Of a stretch of DNA of 64,000 bases, positions 1-12,600 are shown piece by piece. Both the position numbers and the translations under genes were made by a program. A model generated the notes under the pieces. The model saw only the letters and a list, made by a program, of their open reading frames with translations. It was not told the DNA's origin and did no database searches. Positions within the stretch are counted from its first letter, which is position 1, and every line of letters starts with the position of its first letter. Origin of the DNA: Haliotis cracherodii (Eukaryota); the NCBI RefSeq assembly GCF_022045235.1, contig NW_027266264.1, positions 22,382,001 through 22,446,000 on the forward strand, read 5' to 3'.

Positions 1-246
1 CATTGTCATACATGTACAACCAACATAACACAAGCCTTGCTGGTCTAGATTATGGCATTGTCTCATTTAATCTTCCTTGGACTTTGCACATGTTGCAAGT
101 GCTACATTTTTTGAGCTTTATAATGTTTTGCTGATAAAACATTTTGCATGTTTCTAGACATGACACTTTTTTATGCAGGGATAATTGCAACTTATGTTGC
201 TTATCGTCAAGACTATGTCAGAGATTGTGAGTTTAGAATGGTTTGA

Positions 247-423
<177 letters not shown>

Positions 424-461
424 TAGAGAATACATAGAATATAGAAAATATGGACTAATTG

Positions 462-883
462 GGACCGCCTCCGTGGTCTAGTGGTAGAGCGTCCGCCCAG
501 AGATCGGAAGGTCTGGGGTTCGATCCCCGGCCGCGTCATACCAAAAGACGTTAAAAGATGGTACTTGTTGTTACCCTGTCTGGCCCTTGGCATTAAGGGG
601 TTAAAGCAAGGACTGGTCGGCTCGGAGTCAGTATACTGTGTCTGACTGGGGTATTCATGTTAAACTGCGGCATGGTATCTCAGTGTGCTAGCACTATAAA
701 TCGTCATCAGTCCGGTCTAGTACAAGCAGCCACATGCACGCACGCACGCAGGCACACACACACACACGCATGCACGCACGCACGCACGCACGCACGCAGG
801 CACACACACACACACACACACGTCACTATATAAGTGCAATAATCTTGGACACAACGTTAAACTGAATCTCACCTCACCTCACC
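462..883 (+). mobile_element. tRNA-headed SINE family A (Meta/MESC-like body), full length
   Basis: A box (tggtctagtgg) and B box (ggttcgatcc), internal CA/CGCA microsatellite, (CACCT)n tail, 13-bp TSD tatggactaattg. Confidence 0.9.
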
Positions 884-1191
884 TATGGACTAATTGCTAA
901 CCTGATCCTGATTTAAATAATAACCATTTGGATTGCTACAACCAAGGATATTCCTCTTTTATGCCAGCAAGTTTTCCCATTTCAACCCAAATACAGAATC
1001 CCCAAACAGTTAGAAACCTCCCAAAGGGAAATGGTAAAATATTTAGTGCATGGAGAATAGCATGTTATAAGTGGATTATGATTTGTTGTTGTTTATTATT
1101 TTGGTTTTGTTTATTGTTACAGCATTATTATTATTGTTGTTGTCTGTTGTTATTTGTTATCGTTATTATGATACTGGTCCACATTCACTAA

Positions 1192-1395
<204 letters not shown>

Positions 1396-4300
1396 TACAA
1401 CAACCAGTCACAGCAAATCTTACAAATACCAGAAGATGAGGATTCCATGTTACAAAGCATTACTAGTCTTCAGCGAGTCAGAATTGACACAATAGAACTG
1501 GTTCATGTTGCCCTGAGTTGCCACCCTGTGAGAACTGTTGTTCAACATCACGGATGGATGTTCAGCAGTGGTACAGTCAGTATTCAGCCATGGAACCCTC
1601 AGTGTTAGCAAAGGAACAGTCAGTGTCAGTCGAAGAACATACTGTTCAGCAGAGGAACATGCAGTGATCAGGAGGGGAGGATTCGGAGGGATGACAGTGG
1701 GATGTTCCTTGGAGGGAGAGTCATACTCAGTGTATAATGTCATTTTATATACAGACATCTCAACTAAATGATGAAATTATGATGAAGTGATACTGTGTTT
1801 TCTTCCAGGAAAGTGGATTGTTCAGAGAATCTGATGACATAGCCATGTTCAACTGTGTAAAATCTTCTTCGTCAAATTCTGTGACCAGAGCTACTTCATC
1901 TCGTCTGTTCTGGATGTAGAATAAAACACATTCAGCTTCTCATCTGTAGATATCATACGATCATCAATATTGGCATCACTGAAACAAATAATTAAATAGT
2001 GTCTCCCAGCTACAAGTGTGTTGTAGCTATCGTGTTATGAGCATGGTGGACAAATTGTGCATGTTCCCAAGAAGAATGTCTGTGTACCATGAACAGTGCT
2101 AGGGAATAAGCAACCATCTCTTTTGCTCTGATGCGGATGTTAGACAGCAAGAATTCAGACTGATGGAACCATTTGAATGAGATTCTTTCCATTGAATGCT
2201 ATAGTCTCCATTTGTCAACTGGCTTCTAACAATTTTCACAATTGATATTTTAGCAACGAGAACCCATTGTTAGTAAATGCGTTTGTGAGGATGAGAAAGG
2301 TAATATGTGGATGAGTATCCTGTTGCAAGAAAGATGCACAGATGGCCCTTATGATAAGACATCTGATCAGGACTGGCCACTTTAGACATCCATATTCAGG
2401 TGAAGGATGTGCTGGAGGCACTACAGAGGGTAGAAGAACCATGGAGGTGTACATCCATGTTTGTCGTATGATTCCATCATTGTCGAACCACAGGTCATTC
2501 AGGGTTACTATGTGCTGTGTATGTATGGCAGACTACAAGCATGATGTGTGCATACTTCCGGGACTGCCTGGCTATTGTGTACTGCTGTGTATATATGTAC
2601 CATGTCGATTATGTCACATTGTTTAGTTTGGATATGGCTCTTTTGTCAATTGTGCTACACATATTTCACACATTTATGAAAATCTTGGTGATATGTAAGA
2701 ATTAAGAGAAACCATCATAGTACCGGTACTATTGATATGACATGCTAAAGGTACGTCATTGTCTCAACTCGACATGCTCTAAGGAAAGCAGGTTTGCAAA
2801 GTTTCAAGTGCACAGGCCTATTAGGTTTTGTATTAATATTTTGTGGACTCATTTTACCCTTCCTACAAATTAATGGATGTAGTTGTCTTCAAGCTGAAAG
2901 TATATCTGTCACTGCTTTGCCTGTGTAAAGTGTCCCCACTGTCTAGAAAATGTGTCACATTTTCTTCACTTGTCTCTCTTACTCCTTGTAGGATTAAATG
3001 GCATATATTTTTTCTATATCTTTCATCCACATCAACAGCTATTTTTTACCTTCATGTTAAGATTCATCATGTGGTAGGCATGTACTGTGTGATGTGTTTC
3101 TGATCACTGCGGTTGGCATTGTGGAAGTGCTTGTCAGTGGTATTGGACTCCAGTATTTTGTGTGTGGATAGTTTCCTCCTGTGACGCTCTTGTCTGTTGA
3201 CTGTCTCAGTGTACAGAATGGAAGTACATTGCAGTACCTCCAGGACAGAATCAGTATTGACTGAAGTAACTTCACATGTTTGGGATGCTGGGTGATCAAC
3301 CAGTGGAACTAAGGCATCTTTTGTGCTTTTGAACAACAGCAAAGTCAAAGTGAACAATAACTTTAGTCTAGAAGTTGGTAAGTAAGAAAGCATACAATCT
3401 TATGGATAACAACTTCTGGTTTATTGCATATAGCCAAGTTTCAATGATGATTCTTACATTGATATCAAGTACCAGCTCCAGTGTAAGAATCTACATCGAA
3501 AAATCGCTATATGCAATAATCAAGAAGGTGTTTTTTTATGATTGTTCAGTCTGGTTTTGAAAATAGTTTTTCGTTTTTAGAAATGCAGCTATATTTAGCA
3601 TGCTTACTGTTATCTTTTCAAAATTTGCTTCAAACTTTAACTTTCTGTCCAATAAGCTTCAAATCTGTTTGGAATTGAGTGACCTCCCTGCTTTCACTCT
3701 CAGTCAAATATGCTTTAAGTCTACTTTCAGTTTTCCTTAACCTATGACTTTGACTCTATTATGCATTTGCCAATCTGGTCTTCTTCATTGGTTCAGTGCC
3801 TAGTACTGAAAATTAGTCAATCATTATTCGAAATGTGTAAGTTGGCTAAATGAATAGATCAAAGATGGCCAAATTGCAGGATTACTGGTAACGCTTTACT
3901 GTGTTTTTTGTCATATCATGCTAGTCATGCCCCAGCCAATGCAATATATCGAGAGACCGAGATTGTGAGAAAGTCGAAGAGAATGAATGTTCGTCATCGA
4001 ATCAGATGCTTTGTTGCTTCTGACAAATATGCATTATCGCCAAAGGTCACATGTAAATATGAGCATCCTACTTAACATTGTTGTATAGAATACATTAGGG
4101 TAAATCTCAAAACATTTTGTGACTACTTTCCAACTGTGGACAACTGCTTTGGTGTTCAGTGGAATTGTTCTGATCTGAGTTGTTAGCTTAGCCTAATCTC
4201 TAAGATGTGTCATTTGCAAAATGACTTTGAGAAATAGCACAAAACGTTTTGAGATGGTCCCTGTCGCATGTATAGCAATTTGTGTCATATTTATTGAATA

Positions 4301-5640
4301 GTCCACTGAAATGAGCTGTTTTAACAAGTGACAAAGGATGGGACAGGGATTTGATACTTCTAAACACAGGAACTGAACATACTCTTTGATATGAGAACAT
4401 GAGCAGTGCAATAAAGATGTGTATTGTAGTTTTAATGAAATTATCATATTGCAGAACAAATGTATGCGGGAGGTGTCATGCTGGGTGGTAACAGCTGGAG
4501 AGACATTGTCATGGATTTTAGACTTGTTATGTTTTCCAGTTTATCAGCATGATCATGTCACTTTTTCATTTCTTTTTAACATGTTGACACCTACGCCAGC
4601 GATTAAGGAGAGTTGCCCAACCATAGGTCATTGTGAATATTACATTGATGTCATTTCTGGGGTGTTGTCTGTTTTACCTTACCTGTTAGCAGCTACATTA
4701 TGGTCAACACACCTCTACAGATAAACAGTCATCAAATAGCAGAGTGTAAGATAATGTGTTCAAGAGCTCAAAGTGAAAAAATGTTTCATAATCATTTTGT
4801 GGTAAATGAATAATGTACGATTGGCATAATGTAATGTTAATCACATCAAGTTTGTTTTTCATGAGTTCTTTTTGAATTGCATTATAAAGAAATTATAACA
4901 AACTCTTGGGGATGTATCGGGGATCACACAGCCTGATATTGTGGCTATGAGTCTGCAGCGGTTCCAAAATTGTGATTAAAACTTTTTAATTTAGTTGGAT
5001 ATAACTAGAACTTATATTGTAAGTTTGCAAAGGTTCCTTTCATTTTCCTGATCACTGGAGAAAGAAATACTTTAATATTATGGGGTTTTTTTAAATACAA
5101 TGTTAAAATGCCTACAAATTTAGACTATATGGGTTCTTGCGAAAATCTCAAGTTTTGACAATACTTACTTTTCTTTCTAAATTTGTCTGTGAGTGACCAT
5201 GGTGACACTTGATTCAAAATCAAAAATAACTCCCGAGCCTATCAAGATGACAACTGCATATGAACAGATTACCATATCCATGTCGTTTTCATTCTGTACT
5301 TGGTCTTATCTCATGCACTGTCATGCACTGTCTTTGCCATCCACTCATAATCCTTCTTATCTGTACCATTGAAACTAATTTTCCTAATCAGTGTCGGAAT
5401 TCTTTTGTAGACAACATCCATCATGAGACAAGAATGTCCAGTTTAACTGTAGTCATATTGACATACTATTAATAAAGCAACAGTCATATACTGCCCTGAT
5501 AGCCATTTTGTCAAAGAGGTAGCTGTTAGTTGTTGTGTTGCCATTGTCGCCATCTCATTTTACTGTACATTGCCAAGTTTTAACTGTAAATATTACATGA
5601 TGCTCAAATATTATTTATGAATAAAACAAATGAAAGATGA
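1396..5640 (+). other. PI4KB: Probable long 3'UTR of PI4KB
   Basis: AT-rich with no SINEs or tandem arrays; AATAAA at 1920, 5471 and 5620, the last followed by a GT/T-rich tract. Confidence 0.5.
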
Positions 5641-6092
5641 AAGTGTGTTCCGTTTTCTGGATTTTTTTTAGAAACGTACATCTCCTCAGCAGGACCATGT
5701 TTTGAAGATCGCCTCAGCAGCACCATGTTTACAAGATGTCAAGACAAGAAGGAACGTGGTAGACACAATTTTATGGATAACTTCTTTAGTACTGTTAAAA
5801 GCGACGTTTCCGTATAGATCCTTAAACCGTTGTCAAGCAAGGATCTATACAGAAACGTTGCTTTTTACAGTATTAAAGAAGTTGTTATCCATAAAATTGT
5901 GTCTACCTTGTCATTCGTCAACTTCTAAGTAATGCCTATCAAACAATTTAGGAACCTGCCCCAGAGAATGTCTGTGGCAGGAATGACATGGTTAGCTGTG
6001 TTCGGGGAATCTCTGTACACATAAACATCAGTTGAGCCCAACCACGAATGGTGTGGTTCGTTTAGCATTAGATGAAACAAATGGTTGCATAA

Positions 6093-6108
6093 TTTATTTA
6101 TTTTTATT
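6093..6108 (-). promoter_or_regulatory. Candidate tandem poly(A) signals of the SLC15 gene
   Basis: Two TTTATT on + (AATAAA on -), ~400 nt past the stop codon. Confidence 0.45.
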
Positions 6109-6492
6109 TACATGTATGAAGACAGATTTCATTCTCAGCAGTGTTCAGTTAAACAGGCCCTAAACAGAAATTAAGCAATCTGTTGATTTGAACTACACAA
6201 CCATATTCACAGCGTCAAATGTCATCAAACTTATTCACTTTTCGTTTCTTTTTACGTGCCGATTTCCTCATATGAGTTGTTAAGTGAAGCTATATAACAG
6301 ACTATGAAGATACTAAGATGGTGAAAAAACTGCAGATTATTTAGTAGGGTAGATTGTTATGTAGTTGCGGGTGTCAGGGCAGATCATTAAGTAGTTCCGT
6401 CGAGCTAAATATGCAACCCATCCCCCACCTCGGAGTCGTGGGCACAACTCACTGCACACTATTATATGCCTCATTGGTAGCACCACTTCCTG

Positions 6493-6656
6493 CTAGTGGG
6501 CCATTCCTTCTTTGATGTCATCGTCTTGTGTAGGTGAAGATCTGTATAACAACGATGCAACGGTGAAGATGACAGTGACGATGATTAGGATCCCACCCAA
6601 GAGGAAAAGCAGGTACTCTGCATGACATGTGTTCAGATCATCAGATAACCAGGGGT
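6493..6656 (-). CDS. SLC15A4: SLC15A4-like terminal exon 10 (DPWLSDDLNTCHAEYLLFLLGG...EGMAH*)
   Basis: W..DDLN..H.EY.FFLL motif; TAG at 6495-6493; absent from the ORF track. Confidence 0.88.
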
Positions 6657-9600
6657 CTGAAACAGTAACAGTATCTAGTTGATCTGATAATCAGGGGTCT
6701 GAAACACTGACAGTGTCTACTTCATCAGATAATCAGGGGTCTGAAACACTGACAGTGTCTAGTTGATCTGATAATCAGGGGCCTGAAACACTGAAAGTTT
6801 CTAGTTGATCTGATAATCGGGGGATCTGAAACAGTTCATCAGATAACCAGGGATGTGAAACACTGACAGTGTCTAGTTCATCAGATAATCAGGGGTCTGA
6901 GACACTGACAGTGTCTAGTTCATCAGATAACCAGGGGTCTAAAACACTGACAGTTTTTGTTCATCACATAATCAGAAGCCTGAAACACTGAAAGTGTCTA
7001 GTTGATCTGATAATCGGGGATCTGAAACAGTTCATCAGATAACCAGGGATGTGAAACACTGACAGTGTCTTGTTCATCAGAAAAAAGAAAGATATTTCTT
7101 CAGTTTGTTTCAAATATGTAATTACCATTGTGCGTAGCAGCACTGACAGCAGCGAGTACACCTGTGCCGATGTAATTACCCAACCCGAACAGAGCCAGAA
7201 CTGCACCTTGCATCATCCCCTGCATAGACGAGGGCACCTGGGTGAAGCCGAACTCAAACGCTGCAAAGTATATTAACATTCCGTGAAGGTGATTTATTTT
7301 AACGTCAAGCACAATTTCTGTAAAATGGAACAAAACATCATACGCCCAAAATTTAAAGTTTCATTAATCTTGTGTAATGTTCAGTTGTATGAAGAAATAC
7401 TGGACAGTTAGTTTACTTTTGTTACACTGGAAGTACTTCATTGAAGCACAGGGCGGTAGGGTAGCCTAGTGGTTAAAGCGTTCGCTCGTCACGCCGAAGA
7501 CCCGGGTTCGATTCCCGACATGGGTACAATGTGTGAATTGCTGGAATATTGCTAAAAGCGGCGTAAAACCATACTCACTCACTCACTCACTCACTCATTG
7601 AAGTACATGGGCTGTTTTGTTGCTATCTTACCCTAGTTTATCACGTACCCTTTTCTCGAACACCTGGTGTCATCACTAAGTTTCAGTGATCCATTCATAT
7701 AATTGTCACCACTATTTTGCCTTTCTATGTACAATGGAATCTATTTCGAAGACTGGTTATCCTCTGGCGTTGGCGTTTTGTATCATTTCAATTATATTAT
7801 GTAGCTATTTTATTAATTACCCGGTACAAATGTGAAGACCTCACTCATTCCACCGATGACAATCTGAGGAGTTTGCAGAAACACTGAATAGTGGGACGAC
7901 CTGAAATCCTGTCCCCCTAGTGTCTGAATCATGCCACCAGAGGTCGCTATATCTCGCTTCCGGAAGATTTCAACCACACCGCTGACTACAACACCGATCA
8001 TCGCAATGATCATCCCGACACCTGCAATAGGAGTGAGCTTGGCGTAACGCTGATATCAACAATATTTTATATAACGGCGTGTCAGCACAATGTAGGGGGA
8101 ACGCCCGAGGTGAAGTAGGTCTTAGACGTTTACCACTAACATTGGTATGGAAACATTTTCAAGGCGAATCTTTGTTTCAGACCCACGATCACTGCATGTC
8201 TGGGTCGGCTAAGTGGCTCGTCTCTGCACAGCGAATTGTGGCACTGACTGAGCGCACGACTGTGGATTTAAAATATAAATTTGCAACGACAGGTCCACGG
8301 GACTGCAGATCTGAAAAACGATGTCCTACCAATCCTCTTGAGAAGCGTGAAGGGCCGACCAATCCGCTCCATGCAGGGGTAGAGGACGCGGTCGACGAAG
8401 GGGATGAGGATGAGGACGGCGATAGTGTTGAATATCCCTATAGCTGCCACAGGGATGGCGAAGTTGCCGAGCGTCACGTCCATCCTCAGAGACTGGAGGT
8501 AGGTTATGGACTGGGCCTGTGGAACAAGATGATGATGAATAATCAGGATGCCGCTGTGGACACTTTACGTATGTAGAGATCTTAAAGAATCTTAAACATG
8601 ATGACACCAGGTGTTCGAGAAAAGGGTACGTGATACACTAGGATCAGACAGCAACAAATCATCCCATGTACTTCCATGAAGTACTTCCAATGTAACAAAA
8701 GTAAATAACTGTCCACTATTTCTTCATACAACTGAACATTACACAAGATTATTTTAGGCTTATGATGTTTTGTTCCATTTTAAACAACATTTTAACATTG
8801 CACCCACAGCAGGAACGCGGCACTATAGGTGTCAACATGTTTCTTTCTCTGTATTGGTCCCGTCATCAGTAAAATACAAGTAACCTTCGCAAACTAAACA
8901 CTCAAGTTAGAACATTAAGATCAACCTCTGACGTCGCTTTGAGGCATATCTGGATGGGTCTTGTAATCGTAATTTTAAAATACATTTTAGCATTTAAGTA
9001 GTGTGTATACTGAAATTATGTCTTAATTGTCATACAGCACGGTTGTGAATGAGTAAATATTGTATAACGATGTATGAACATCTGTTCAATAGCTGTTCTT
9101 TGTAAGTAACATGAACACTGGGGTTGTTCAGAGGATACCTGAAAGTAGCAGGCGCCAAAGCCTGCGAGTGGGAGGAGAAGAAGGAGCACTTTGCCAAATG
9201 CAATGACCCCTGACACAGTTTCGTCGTCATAGCTACCACCGTAGCGTTTCCGGGGGGACTGGAAGAAAGGCTGTCCATCTCTTCTCTGCCTGACCGCTTC
9301 GTGAACCACACCCAAAGCAAGTTTCACGGAGCTCTCTGAAACTCATAGATATGCTGCTTTAATACTCCACTAACATTGAGTTAAATCAGCAGTGTCGATA
9401 CCCAGGTATATCAGACAGCACTATCGATACCAAGGTAGTTCAGACAGCACTATCCATACCCAGGTAGTTCTGATAGCAGTATCGATACCAAGGTAGTTCA
9501 GACAGCAGAATCGATACCCAGGTAGTTCATACAGCAGTATCAATACCAAAGTAGTTCAAACAGTAGTATCGATACCCAGGTAGTTCATACAGCAGTATCG

Positions 9601-12600
9601 ATACCCAGGTAGTTCAGACAGAAGTATCGATACCCAGGTAGTTCAGACAGCAGTATCGATACCCAGGTAGTTCATACAGCAGTATCAATACCCAGGTAGT
9701 TCATACAGCAGTATCGATACCCAGGTAGTTCAGACAGCAGTATCGATACCCAGGTAGTTCAGACAGTAGTATCGATACCCAGGTAGTTCAGACAGCAGTA
9801 TCGATACCATGGTAGTTCAGACAGCAGTATCGATACCCAGGTAGTTCAGACAGTAGTATCGATACCCAGGTAGTTCAGACAGCAGTATCGATACCCAGGT
9901 AGTTCAGACAGCAGTATCGATACCCAGGTAGTTCAGACAGTAGTATCTATACCCAGGTAGTTCAGACAGCAGTATCGATACCCAGGTAGTTCAGACAGCA
10001 GTATCGATACCCAGGTAGTTCAGACAGCAGTATCGATACCCAGGTAGTTCAGACAGCAGTATCGATACCCAGGTAGTTCAGACAGCAGTATCGATACCCA
10101 GGTAGTTCAGACAGTAGTATCGATACCCAGGTAGTTCAGACAGTAGTATCGATACCCAGGTAGTTCAGACAGCAGTATCGATACCCAGGTAGTTCAGACA
10201 GCAGTATCGATACCCAGGTAGTTCAGACAGTAGTATCTATACCCAGGTAGTTCAGACAGCAGTATCGATACCCAGGTAGTTCAGACAGCAGTATCGATAC
10301 CCAGGTAGTTCAGACAGCAGTATCGATACCCAGGTAGTTCAGACAGTAGTATCTATACCCAGGTAGTTCAGACAGCAGTATCGATACCCAGGTAGTTCAG
10401 ACAGCAGTATCGATACCCAGGTAGTTCAGACAGCAGTATCGATACCCAGGTAGTTCAGACAGCAGTATCGATACCCAGGTAGTTCAGACAGCAGTATCGA
10501 TACCCAGGTAGTTCAGACAGTAGTATCGATACCCAGGTAGTTCAGACAGTAGTATCGATACCCAGGTAGTTCAGACAGCAGTATCGATACCCAGGTAGTT
10601 CAGACAGCAGTATCGATACCCAGGTAGTTCAGACAGTAGTATCTATACCCAGGTAGTTCAGACAGCAGTATCGATACCCAGGTAGTTCAGACAGCAGTAT
10701 CGATACCCAGGTAGTTCAGACAGCAGTATCGATACCCAGGTAGTTCAGACAGCAGTATCGATACCCAGGTAGTTCAGACAGCAGTATCGATACCCAGGTA
10801 GTTCAGACAGCAGTATCGATACCCAGGTAGTTCAGACAGTAGTATCGATACTCAGGTAGTTCAGTCAGCAGTATCAAAATCGTGATAGGGGCTACATTTA
10901 AAAATATCACTACTCAGCACTAGAATTAATTAAATTTGTGAATCAAGACTATTCTACTCGGGAAGTGCGGGGGTTCCACAATATTGCAGCTGGCAGTGTC
11001 GATGTTCTTACCCCGAGGCGGAATGTGTCTGTAGAGACCACGTGTTACCACAAGGAGGAAGAGGCTTGTAACCATGGAAATCAGAGGTATGACGTAGCCC
11101 CACGTGAAGCTGATGTCCTGTTGGACGTAGGCAACGGCTGTGAAGGCGATGGTGCTGCCCACGTTTATGAACCAGTAAAACCTGAAGTTTACACGAAATG
11201 CCAGAACGTAGACCAGCTATCCAGGGTGTTATAGTAAGCATTACGTCGGTCGTCCCTCCAACATAAAGATGAAACGACTAATGTTACTGACAAATGTTCA
11301 AAGCGGCGTTAAACCAAACCCAATCACTTACTCTCATCAGAAGCTCCGCACAGAATGTCTCCCGCACACGGGTGTAATTTGACTGGACAGCTATTTTTAG
11401 GATTGTGTAATTCGAATCAAAACGAGGCTATGGCAGGCAATGAGTCCAGGGAATGATACGCTCGAGCCATGTTGCATATACACCTTGTGTGAAAGTGTGT
11501 AATTAGGACAACGATTAATTGTAATATTGATACACAACACTCGAGTTAGCTAACCAAAAACGAGTATTAGAATTATTGCCAATTCTCCCGAGCATACCGC
11601 CATTTAAACACATACCTGTCCGAGTTCAGGTCAGGCAGCAGTGTCGATACTGTTCAGTAAGTGTGTTTAGGACTATAAGATTAATGTTTCTGGCACGAGG
11701 AACTATCGGTAATGGCCAAACCTGTCCCTACACACTGCTCACCAGTTAAAGAACGACCGCACTGCACCCTTGCCGTACTCCTCCACCTGCTGCGCCCCGA
11801 AAGGCCCCACTGTGGCCTTGATCCCCCCAGTCCCCACGGCAATACACACCAGGGCAATGTAGTAGTACACGCGGCGAGTTGTCTTTAAAAACAGAATGGT
11901 TTCAGATATTTAAGTACATATTGTGTGACTACATTCCATCATACTGATTCTATCATATCACATCACAGGGTATTCACACTTAGGCAGTATGTATAGAAAA
12001 TATTCAGTATTTATAATCATAGCCCTAAGGGCAGGCATGTGAAGGTTTTGTTTTTAAGGATAGGTGAGCTTCAGTATCTTGGTTCTACTAGTGAGTTCGT
12101 TGGAGGAAGACGACTGTTCTTCAGTTCTTATGCATGATCATGTACATCCCAATTTTGAATTTTTGAATTCAAGAAATCTGTATTCTATATGCCCTTATAG
12201 ATTAGCATACGCCAATCTCATTAAAATCAGATCTTTGTTCTCGCTGCCGCTAAACAAAGATCTGAGGACATCCCATTACGGGTCACGTCAGGACGACCTT
12301 TCGCGAACTTTGACCGACCACTGAAATGACATCAGCCAAGTCGACATCAGCCAATTAGAAAGCAGCTTTCTCAAGCATTACGGCGCTCGTTTCAACCAAG
12401 TGAATTCCATTTCTGTCTACGCTTGAAAAATATATTGACACAGTTCTCGATTAATATTTTGAAAACTGAACAAACGAACATTCCGGAATGTCTCATATAT
12501 GGTTGAGAGTGTATGGCAGTGCTTCCCACGTACTGTGCAACGCGTTCTCCGTTCAAATGTTTATCCTACGGAAGCGAGAGATAGACGATAATTTTGACGG

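Noticed and set aside
6400-6495. Stop-codon readthrough of the SLC15 gene (frame stays open ~29 codons after TAG)
   Set aside because: No strong readthrough context or recognisable homology; the length is compatible with chance
9390-10876. CRISPR-like regular 29-bp repeats (also 54300-56310 and 58800-60028)
   Set aside because: Head-to-tail units with no unique spacers and no cas genes; ordinary minisatellites
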